The notes beneath the pieces were generated by a model that searched no databases, was not told where the DNA came from, and was given only the letters and a program-made list of their open reading frames with translations. Both the position numbers and the translations under genes were made by a program. From Vitrella brassicaformis CCMP3155 (lineage: Eukaryota > Protista > Chromerida), in NCBI GenBank assembly GCA_001179505.1, contig CDMY01000472.1:1-64000 (forward strand): a DNA stretch of 64,000 nt. The letters run 5' to 3'. Numbering within the stretch: the stretch's first letter is position 1; every line of letters begins with the position of its first letter. This document shows positions 50,860-61,328 of the stretch, in pieces.

Positions 50860-51442
50860 CTGCGGCGTCTGCGGCGTGCCTGCAAGATCCTGGGGGTGTC
50901 TGAGTGGGACAACAAGGCCCTGGTACGCCGCGCCTACAAGGAGAAGGCCCTCCAGCACCACCCCGACAAAGGCGGCACCAAGGAGGGCTTCCAGCGGCTC
51001 AAGAGGGCGTACGAGCTGGTGCATGCAGCGGCGCCGGAGCCACCCAAGAGCTGTGAGGAGGGCGAGGCCACGGGTGCGTGCCTCGACAGGCTGGGTGGTC
51101 TCTGCCCAAAGTGCGCCAAGATGTACCAGGTGCGTGCATTGCGTTTGAGAGAAAGTCACGTCTCTCTCACCTGATGTTCGTTTCCGCTGTGTGTGTTGGG
51201 CTCTCGTCAGGCCAAGGCGTTGAGGGAGATGACGTGGGAGGCCGAGGCCAAGGCGCCAGTGGCAGAGGAGGAGGCCCACGCCGCGACCACCCCCGCCGCC
51301 ACGGTCAGCAGCCACCCGTCCTTTCACACCGACCAAGGGCCGCCCGTCACCAGCAGAGGGGAGGGGCTCTGGAGCCGCTGGTTTCCAGACTTCTTCTGCA
51401 CCTGCTGCGGCTTTCCAAGAGGACGAGTAAGCTGGGGAAGAG
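50860..51442 (+). CDS. J-domain (DnaJ/Hsp40 type III) protein exons, 5' exons unresolved
   Basis: ACKILGVSEWDNKALVRRAYKEKALQHHPDKGGTKEGFQRLKRAYELV: canonical J domain with HPD, followed by a CxxxxxxxCxxC segment. Confidence 0.85.
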
Positions 51443-51654
51443 GTATGGGTGTCGGGAAGATACTGCTTCTTTGACCGATGTCTCTGTCTCTGCTGCCATG
51501 TCTCTGTGTGCGTTTTGTGTCTTCAGCCGCAGTGTATCGCTGCCTTCATTTTATATCTGTGGACATTTTCATTTCACTTCAGCGTCGCTGATTCCCTACA
51601 GCAAGGAATGCGACAGGTTAGAAAAAGAAGACAAGTCGATTGTCCGCCACGCAG

Positions 51655-52342
51655 AACATCCAAGGTTTCCTGGCGTCTGGTGCGACCAACCGTGCCCTCT
51701 TCATCTCCCAGACTGTCGCGAGCATCGGGTGGATCTTCTACGCCGCCGCATTCTTCCCTATGGGGGTGAGCGAGGTGCTAATGGATGGATGAATGGCGGG
51801 GCTCGTTGTGATTTTGCCGTAATGGCGTCAGCTCAACAACACCGAGGGTCCTGGGATGGTGTTCGGGTGGATCATTGCCTCGTCCTACAAACTCGCCGGT
51901 GACGAAATGACACAGAGTGACGGGCAGGCCAGGGGGCTCCCCACGTCTCGTGTCTTGTGTTGTGTTGTGTTGTGTCTTCAGCGGTGTGTTCCTGCCGACG
52001 ACCGCCCCCAGCTTCTGGGTGCACCTGGCCATGATGGTCTTCTACGGCCTGGGGCTCTTCGTCGCCACCATCTGGGCATTCATGTTCGAACCCACCATCC
52101 ACTGGGTCGGTTGGTGGGGGGCCTTACACGCAAAGACCACACAGAGTTCGGGATACACACGACTGACTTTCTCGTGTGATGCGTGTTCTCCTCGCAGGAG
52201 GGGGCTCCGGGGATGTATGCGGAGAGCTACGAGTTGGCCCCCGCCCTCGCACCCAAGCCCGTCATGGCCACCACCATGTCGTGAGCAACCCGCCGCAACA
52301 ATACAACACGACACTAGCACACATTGGATAGGGGGCACGTAG
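51655..52342 (+). CDS. 3' exons of a multi-pass membrane protein, no clear start of its own
   Basis: Hydrophobic exons ..FISQTVASIGWIFYAAAFFPMG / GMVFGWIIASSYKL / FWVHLAMMVFYGLGLFVATIWAFMF, separated by GT-AG introns. Confidence 0.5.
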
Positions 52343-52609
52343 GCAGGCAGGGGCGGGAGGGAGGGAACAGCGGGCGCCGGCGTATCAGACATACGGAGTT
52401 TTAATAACGGGGGATGTTTTTTAGAGGGGTTCGGCGCTGGACTTTTCGTTGCGGACACCACACACTCTCACGTCCATTGTTTATATCACACCACCACATC
52501 CACACGTTCATGGAATGTCCGTGTCTCGACTCGATCTGTTTTCCCATCAAGTGACGGCAGCCTTGGCGGCTCACAATTACGCCAACCCATGAATGCACCT
52601 CTCTGTCTG

Positions 52610-54370
52610 TTAGCTGGTCGGCTCCAGGCACTTGCGCTCTTGACACGCCCTCTCGGCCGGCTCATACTGGCCCAGCTCGAGCGACCGGAAGAGGGCGTCT
52701 TTGGCGAACTCATATGCGCCGAACATGAGGAAGCCGCCAATGCCGATCCACAGGACGCGCGGCACCACGCCCTTCATGAGATGGAATACGGCCTCCTCCT
52801 GGACGATCTTGACCATCGCATCACACACACCCTTGTACTGAAAGTGACACGCGCACATGCACACACACAGGGTGGTTGTCGAGGGTTGAGATGGCCGGCT
52901 GGCTGGGTGGCTGACCGACCTTGATCTTGCCTCCTTGTGTCGTGATTGACTGTGTCATGATTCTCGTCTTGCACACGTCCAGGGGCGTCGTGGCCGCCCC
53001 TGCTATCGCGCCTACAACCACACACACAACAGGCTTTCTGTGTCTGAGTGTGCGTGTGTGTGTGTGCGTGTGTGCGTGTGTGTGGCGACCTGCCAGCGCC
53101 CCGCAGACAGCCGATTGCATTGGCGAGAGCGTGTAGATCTCATTCGTGTACGACGGCCGATCCCGCATCTTTGAGATCTCATAGTGATACTTCAGCTTCT
53201 CCCTTCAACCACACACCACAGAGACCAAGCGAACCCTTTCCCATTTGAGTGCACTCGTGTGTGTGTGTGTGTCGCACCGGCCCACCCGCTCGCCCACCCA
53301 CCAGATTGCGAACTCGAAGGCGTCGAAGGGCACCTCTCTGGCAAGCTGCGCTCCATACCCCCTGAGCGACGTAGATCCGCGACACGGCGGCGCGTGTTGA
53401 CAGGGGGCGGTGCACGCTGCACTGCATCTGCTGCTTGACCACCGCAAAAGGCACCCAGATAACACACGCGACCACCTGAGCGGCCGATGCCGCCAGGAGA
53501 TGGACCACAAAAGGCGGCAGCACACCTTACTTGAGGGACATACAGCACAACCAAGGGCAGCGACCAATCCCATTGTGATCAGCACTTTCTTACTGCTTCG
53601 TTTGAGAGTGCGTTTGGTCCACTCATAGGTGGCCCAGAAAGCAGCCGTGCCGGGGAAGCTGCCGAGCAGTGTTGGCGTCAGGCCTGCATCAGCAGCAAAT
53701 CACGCACCCACCCACTAGTTTCGGCTCCGAGCTACTACCTGTACAGAGCGTGCGGATCGCCCGGAGGCCGCCCCTCGTCAGAAGACTGCCCTTGGTCACT
53801 GTGGTCATCAGCCCGCGGCTGGTCCAATTCACCAAGTGCAAAATGCTGTGTCGGCAGCCGGGCCTGCCTGAGCGTCTTGTAGTGGTCCAGGGGATACAGC
53901 ACCTGCCGTGAGAAAATCAACGAATCAATGACAACGCAGAGATCACAGCAAAGATCTGTGAGTCGGCCATGCATCTGTCCATCTGTCTATCTTTTCATCT
54001 CTCACTGCATCTGCAGCCATGCCGGAGAGGCCGCCAGCTGCAAGAATCGCTGCACACAGTCACACAGCCACACAGTGCATCGCTGCGAAGGATCACATAC
54101 TCCACGCCTGCCTTGGACCTTCGCCGCGCTGCGAGCTGTGCGAGCTTTCGAGCTTGTTTGTTTCTCGCATTTCCCTTTTTGTAGAGGCGGCTGTGAAGCG
54201 ACTGACCAGAGCGGATGCTCCCTTTTCAGCCTCTCTTTCGATTCGCATGCACAGCTGTCAGTGACTGTTGCGTCGTTGTGGGAGGCTGCTGAAGGAGCTG
54301 ACACACCCGGCCCGCTCGATTCAGCTACCCCAGTGAGTGACCAACTGTTCAGGCACATGAAAGGCTGCAT
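52610..54370 (-). pseudogene. Mitochondrial carrier (SLC25, most like SAM-carrier type) with an apparent frameshift near 53360; start uncertain
   Basis: LAAGGLSGMAADA|VLYPLDHYKT, VPFAVVKQQMQ, GYGAQLAREVPF, AATTPLDVCKTRIM and VVPRVLWIGIGG give three carrier repeats. The reading frame changes within one exon at the C5 run 53358-53362. Confidence 0.8.
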
Positions 54371-54719
54371 GTGATTGTGTGTTCAGGTCTGCTTTGCCCA
54401 CGGACGCAATACGGCGGGCGTTTCATTCATTCATTCACTGCCGGTGAGGCAACGCAGACAGCACCGCACAGTGACCGTCAGTGAGCGTCACACAGACGGC
54501 AGTGCCACCCACCGTCGCTCTGATGTGTTTGCCTGTTTGTGTTCCATTCAGGTACCTTCCTGCCTGCCATTGCGGGGAGCTGAATCATCTGCTCGAGTCA
54601 ATCGCAGTATCATCCATCGCTGACTCGGTGAGTGATGACCGACCCGCCGGCACACACGAGCGGCGGGCCTGAAGTTGTCTGTGCCCTGGTGTGATTTCGT
54701 CAGCTAACAGTGAACCGAC

Positions 54720-56601
54720 ATGTCGGAGCAGCTTCGTTTCCTACCTCTGTGGAATTATCATCTCGGCGACGGTTATGACGACCGTTGGGAGAACACAGGT
54801 ACGCACGCCAGACAAGCGAGAGGGGGTGCGATGAGACACCCACAGACACTCATTTACTCTCTGTGTGCGTCGTGTGGTGGTTGTGTTGTGCTGTGCTGCA
54901 GGCGTGGCTATCGTCCCTTTGACGGCCGCTTCGGTTCAGGTGCCGATGCTGGCTTTGGGCGCCGAAGACATTGAGGCTCGATTCCTCCGGGGCACCAGCG
55001 AGGCCACCAAGGACCTGGCAGTGGGCGTCATCGGCCGCACCCTCACCAGCCCACACGACGCGACCGCACTCATTCGGCAGCATGGAGCCGACCCCAAGAT
55101 CGCGCCTCGGCTGCGGGAGAAGGGCAGCAGGGAGGAACGCAGCAACAGTGATGGGTTCGGCTACTCGCTCCTGAGTCTGGCCATCGACAACAAGTCGGAC
55201 AACACCGTCGGAGCCATCTCAGCAGATGGGGTGCTGACACGGAGTGTGGCCCTGCCCCAGTGGCCCGACGGGCTGCAGGAAGGCATCCTCACCGCGCTCA
55301 TCGACGGAGGCGCTGACCCCACCGCACTCAAACCCCTTCAAGTGGCGATCAGCTTTGCCAACGAGGCGGCCTTCGATCTGCTCATGGCGCGTCACGACCT
55401 ATCCGGAACTGACCTGCGCGGGTCGTGGTTGATGGGGCTGCCCAGGCCGCTGTCTCCGATCGCCGCCCACCAACGCCCCCCGCCCACCCACTTTCTGAAG
55501 GTGCTCATGTCCATGTATCAGCGACTCATCCAACGAGACCCCACCCTCGCCACCGCCACCGAACCTTTTCGCGATGACGTACGCGATGGCTTCAACCTCG
55601 TGCACAGAGCTGCCGAAGTTGCGAAGGGCCTCTATCCCCAGTGGTTCATGGACAGCTACCTGGACCTCATCGTGGCGAACGGGGCCGACACGATGGCAGA
55701 GACCCCCCGTCTCGGAGAGACGCCGCTGGACTTGGCGGCAGAAGAGGGCTCTCCAGAGGTGGCCGACTACCTCTGCCGCAAGCTGCCCGCTGACCAGATC
55801 GACAGACGGGAGGCCCGCGACACACCCCTCGGCAAGGCTGCATCGTGTCTCGATTGGCGCACCCGGACGGTTCAGGACCCCTCCATCCTCGAGTGCATCA
55901 AGGAGATTTACGATGCCCCCATTCCCAGATACAAGATGACCATCCGTGCGCTGCTGCGGGCGGGGGCCGACATCAACAGCATCCACACCTCCTACGACAC
56001 GGAGAGAGACCGCTATTGCCGCCAGCTGGTGCTGATCGAGCACGCGACAGTGCTCAACGAGCTGCCGGGTGCCGTCATGTCGGCCGTCAACGCTGCACTC
56101 TCCCCCCATCGCTCACTTGCGGCCCTCCTGACCCCCCGGCTGGCCGTCGGCCCCCACGAGGCGCCCATCTTCGGCTGGCGGATCGCATCTTACCTCTTCG
56201 ACATGGCTGCCGCCCGGGAGGCCATCAGTGAGGCGATCGGTGTGCGGCACAGCGTCCTGGCCCGACGTGTGCGTGCGGCTGTCGAGCACTTCGTCCGTTC
56301 GGCAGTGCTCAGGGCCATCAGCAACAGGGAGGTGGTGGGCCGCAAGGAGACTGTGGGCGGCGTGGTGGTGCGGGTGCCGCTGCAGTGCTTCGCCATTGCC
56401 GATGGGGCCGGCCGTCTGGGGCTGCGTGAGGTGGTGCACAAGGCGCGGCTGGACGAGGCGGCACTGCATGGTGTGGAGGGCGTGGCCAAGGGCTTCAACG
56501 AGCACCTGGGCGATGACGAGTGCCAATTTGCGTGGCGGCAGCTGGGCTGGCGTGTCGAGGGCAGCAGTGGGGGGGAGCTACTATCGCTGGGGATCACCTG
56601 A
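54720..56601 (+). CDS. Ankyrin-like repeat protein of an expanded lineage-specific family, 2 exons
   Basis: Long ORF 54865-56601 with ALIDGGADP, GETPLDLAAEEG, DTPLGKAA and ALLRAGADIN. Short first exon MSEQLRFLPL.. The family assignment is recalled, not searched. Confidence 0.85.
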
Positions 56602-57980
56602 CTGAGAGGGGAGAGGGAGTGATGCGTCGGTTGACGCCCGACACACAAGAGCGAACACAGTCGATACTGCTGATGGATGAGAAATGACTGTTTTTGGCTG
56701 GCTCGTCTCCTTGCTCCCCTTTGCATTGCGTTGCCTGAGGGGCGAGGGAGGCATTTGGCAAACTCGGTTTTTGTCTGCATCGTGTGATTGAGTGGGCGTG
56801 TCGGGTGTCCGTGTGTTGCGGTTTGCTGGCTTGGGTGCAGCGAGGATGATCTCGGGTGGTGGCATGGCTGCTTTGTGTGCACTTTGTGCTGCTTCCTTAA
56901 GCCCGTTGGAACACAACCGCACGTCTGAAGGCCGGCTCATTGCAAAGGTGTGTGCCTTGCGGACATCTTGCATGCTTGCCCCTCTCTTTGGTGTGTGCAC
57001 TGACTACTTAGATACGTGACCACGATGACGCTGACGCATCAATTGTTCCATCCTGGCCATGGCGTTACATGCATTGTGACTGATCGATCGACAACAAGCA
57101 TCAAACGATTTCACACGCACTGAGGCCATGAACGGTGGGTCACGCGCGAGGCCTGGACTTCTCTACGCAAGCACCCGCTCATACATTCCCATGCACCCAC
57201 ACATAGCCCCACACGCGAAAAGACAGAATCCCAAATGCGTGCATACAAGAGCTCGTGAGGCAGGCGGTGAGGCGAGGCACGTGAGTGTAGTTCTGTCTGT
57301 CTGTCCTGCAGCGTCGCTACGCTAGTTACATTGACAAACACACCTCTTCAGGCAGCACTGTACACCTACGGAGGACAGACAGAACTGACTGAAGTGACAA
57401 GCACACAAGGGACTCACTCGTCGGTCAAATGAGCTCGATGACCAGTACACGTGCACGGTCGTTCAGCAATGCAGACACATGTGTCCACAACACGTCTATG
57501 TGCCCGTACACACATACATCTTTGATACACACAGACATGAGAAAGCCATAACACGTCATGCCACCGTTCACAGACCCAGGATCACACCCGGATGGGCGGC
57601 GACGCGAATCATGCCCCCTCGTTGTGAATCTTGACAGCGATTCCCTCAGTCTCTCTGATATGGCCGGTCGTCAAGAGCAGCCACTGAGCCGACAGACGGA
57701 GCGCGACTCGCCGGTGCCCTCACCCCCCACCTTCAATGTCGAAGGCCAACACGTCTTCCATAGGATTGGCAATTTGCCACTGTGACTGATTTGGACTTCT
57801 CTCCGCATACGCACAAACGGATGAGTCGATTTGCTTTCTGCTGAGCCCAGGGCACCGCAGACGTCATTGATTACCCTCTGGAGGCCTCAGAATCAGCAAA
57901 GGGCCTCATCTTCCCCGGCGCCATTGGCGAGCTCAGATCGCTGCCGTCCTCCTCCTCCCGCTGCCTCGTCTGTCCGCGAG

Positions 57981-59125
57981 ATGGCCTCTGTATCGAGACG
58001 TCCCCCCTGGGGTTTGCTGCTGTTGGGGCTAGTTTCGTCGTGACGGTGATTCAGATGAGCGATTTGGACGAGCTATCGTGTGCAGTGGTCCTGCGGAACG
58101 TCACCATGGTGCGCTTGCTGCTCAACAAGTACGGCGTAGACCCCAATAAGCTTATACGCGGGATGACGGACGGAGTCACGGCTCTTCACGTGGCGGCAGC
58201 GCGAGGCAGCCTCGATGTGGCAACGGCGCTGATTGATCGTGGTGCTAACGTCGACCGGCTGTCAGATCACCGAATATCGCCCTTGTGCGTGGCCGTCATG
58301 GTCAGCGACGGCGCCATGGCCGCATTGCTGTTAAGGGCTGGCGCTGACGCGGAGCTGCCGTGCCTGAATCCCGAGGGAAGCTTAGCTGATTCGAGTAAGG
58401 ATGGCCTCTACATGAAGACACCGCTCCTGATTGCAGCAAAGTACGGCAAGCACAAGGCCATCGAGGCGCTATTGGAGCATGGAGCCAACGTGGAAGCTAC
58501 CGACCCACGAGGCTTCACGGCCCTTCACTTTGCCGCCAGACAGAAGGACTTCTTTCACACTCGTCTGCTGAGCACTCGTCGGCATGCAGCGGTCGCCTCG
58601 CTCGTTCTCCGTCACGGTTTCCCTATGCTTGACGCGACTCAACAGAAGGGCTGGTCTGCCTTCGATCTCGCTTGCCGCGGGGCTCTCTTCACGACCGCCA
58701 GACAGATGATCGAGCTCGGCGCGGCCGGCGGCCGTTATGCTCCCCTGCTCAAGCTACCGGTTGCTGTGTTCAAACGATCTCTCCTCGGGTTGGGTTTCAT
58801 CAAGCTGTTGGAGACTGGGCATGCTGTTCGGCAGACCGTCGCTGAGAGGATGCGTCGCGCCATAGTCCGTGGACACGTAGATACGTTTGTGGCCTTCGAG
58901 GTGAATGCGACCTGGCCATCAACTATCCTCATGGAGATGCACTTGAGCTCGTTCTCGATACAGAAATCCTACCGCTATGGGGTGACAGGAGGAACTTTCA
59001 AGCCAGATGTGGAACCTACAGCAAGGGAGGCCACCAACACTCTCAGGAGTCTGAGTGTCGTAGAAGGCGGCTCGCCTGAAGTGTCGCTCGTCAAGTGGTG
59101 GCTGTATATTGCGATCCTGGGCGGT
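57981..59125 (+). CDS. Ankyrin-repeat protein, may continue into the downstream coiled-coil/RING exons
   Basis: GVTALHVAAARG, ISPLCVAV, KTPLLIAAKYG, GFTALHFAA, plus LIDRGANVD and LLEHGANVE. Confidence 0.88.
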
Positions 59126-59164
59126 ATGTGTGGCTGTGTGGCCGTCGGGGTGGGGCGTGGGCAG

Positions 59165-60620
59165 TGCACGGCCGAAGACAGCCGACTCGACGGCTCAGCA
59201 GCGGCACGGCAGGCGCCAGATGGGACGGCGAGGGCGATGCGCGGCCAAGAGAGGCACCGTCCCACCCCAGGCGCACGAGCAGATGTCGGCGAGAGCTATT
59301 GTTCAGCTCAAGAGGGACCTACAGGAGGGCACAGATAAGAAAAACAAGTAGGGCACAGACATCGACACGTCACCCGCAATTGCCATGGCTGTGCGTCCCC
59401 TTTGCAGTTTGTCGCATCGCTACGAGGAGCTGTCGGCTTCGCACCGACATGCTGTGGAACGAAAGAAGGAGCTGCAAGAGGCCATACGAGGCCTCAAGCA
59501 GACCGCCATACCAGAGTGAGTGAGTTGGGGCAGCGCCATGTTGTCGTCTGACAAATGCACTTTCATACCGTGTGTGTGTGCTGCGTTGAGTGCAGGCTGA
59601 GCCGTGACGTGTTGCTGTCGTGCGAGAGTGCTGCTGATGCCCGTGCCTTCGGTGAGAAGGTCCGACAAGAGCATCAGCGGCTCGACCAGCTATACGACGC
59701 AGCAAGCGACGCGGCACGAGAGCGAACCACTGCAGTAGTGGCCAGTGAGAGCCCATCAACAGTAGACACGCCAGCCAGGTGGGGCGGGCAGCCAGGCAGC
59801 CCTCGCTGTGGCCGGCTGTCCTTCTGTGTGCGTCTGTATGTTCTCAATCAGCTCGCCGACATCCTGTCGGTCTCGGGAGCAGTCGGTGTCGCCCGAGCCG
59901 CCACCAACAGAGGTCCAGCTGCGGAAGATGCTCCAGGTTCTCAAGGCCGACACAAAACAGTAAGTGAACGAGGCATGTTGCGGCGGCTCTGTTGCCTAGT
60001 GGATGGGTCTGTCACCCACTTTTGGGTCCTTTTGGTCAGGTTGGAGCTGGGCATTGCGGCGTTGCGGACCAACTGCGACAAGACGACAGCATCCTTGCGG
60101 CCTCTCGAGGATGAACACGACGAGCTGCTCCAGGAGGCGACCAAAGGGTGCGCATCAATACAACAGACAGACAGACACATGGATGAATGGATGGATGGAT
60201 GGATGGACGCATGATCACTCGTCTCCCAGGTTGACAAGGGAGCGTTTGGCTGCCCTCAGCGACCCCAAGGCCGTCCATGACTTCAAGCGGCAGATCAAGG
60301 AGAGGCAACAGCAGCTGCTGGCCCTCTACGCCGAGGCCAGCAAGGCGGAGGAGAGACTTGGGGGTCCTGGTGGCCAAGTCCCCGACCATCGTGTGCTTCC
60401 CCTGCAAGCATCAGAGTCTCTGTGCGGCGTGCTACGAAGGGCTGCTGCGCTCTCATGAGGCGGCCAAGAGAGAGAAGCAGCGGCTCGAGAGAGCCCACAG
60501 GCGGCTGCCAGACGACGTACGGCGTGATGCCGTCCTCAGGTGCCCCTACTGCAGGGCGACAGCTGAGTATGCCAGCGTTGCATCCACATCACGACTTAGA
60601 TACAGCTGGGGGGAGGAGGG
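59165..60620 (+). pseudogene. Coiled-coil exons ending in a damaged C3HC4 RING finger
   Basis: Heptad-rich exons (RYEELSASHRHAVERKKELQEAIRGLK, FKRQIKERQQQLLALY), then PTIVCFPCKHQSLCAAC...CPYCR in a different frame and lacking the first CxxC. Confidence 0.6.
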
Positions 60621-61328
60621 CGGGAGTTGTACAGTCCTGGTTGTAAGAAAGCTCGACTGCCTGTCTGTTCTTGCCGTTCTTGCTGCCTGCATAACTGCGT
60701 CAGCTGCGCAGGGTAGCAGCCATTAGCTTTCAGTCTGGTGTACAGTGTGTGCCGTATGTGGTTTAGGTCCCGGCTGTGTCTGATCTGTGCCGACTGCGGC
60801 ATATGTGTGTGTGTGTGTGTGATGGACTGACTCGATCAAGACAATGTACTGATACGATGCCGACGTGTCCATTTCAAGTTCGTCTGTGCAGCCACCCACG
60901 CACAGGCTCAACCAGCCAGCATCCAAAGGCAACCATGTCGGAGAGAGACATGGGGAGAGAGGGAAGCTATGAGAGATGCAGCGGGATAGTAGCGGGGTGG
61001 ATGGGTATGGGTGTATATTCAGTGCCTGCCTAAGCGCATCTAATCCGTCGACATGTCAACATCCATTCACACGCCAGCATCAGGCAGCCCCCCTCCGTCC
61101 GTCAATCTGTACAATACCTGGGTAGGTCACTCATCACCATACACATCGCAGCCATCCTATGCAGCACATAAGTGTCGTCAGCTGAGAACGGTCCCACTGC
61201 CCCTTTGCTCTGAATGATCCACCACACGATGGTCGGCCTGACAGGCACCACCACCAACACACACACAGAGGTCAATGAACACGGTCACAGAAGTAGCCCT
61301 TCTTGTCGATGAGTGCCGTTTCCTCACC

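Larger units (their letters stand above)
44700..51640 (+). repeat. Mosaic of local direct duplications containing two J-domain copies
   Basis: Paired blocks: 44725-44928/51440-51640, 45900-46160/48245-48510, 47221-47830/50795-51408 and 49185-49500/49700-50012. Also six copies (four exact) of a 33-bp cassette. Confidence 0.9.

Noticed and set aside
44811-51557. CRISPR-like array suggested by an identical 33-bp repeat
   Set aside because: Spacing is irregular and kilobase-scale, the copies sit at splice acceptors, and there are no cas genes.
56990-57560. TGCATGCA/CACGTG-type apicomplexan AP2 motifs in intergenic DNA
   Set aside because: Only scattered partial matches, as expected in CA/TG-rich sequence.
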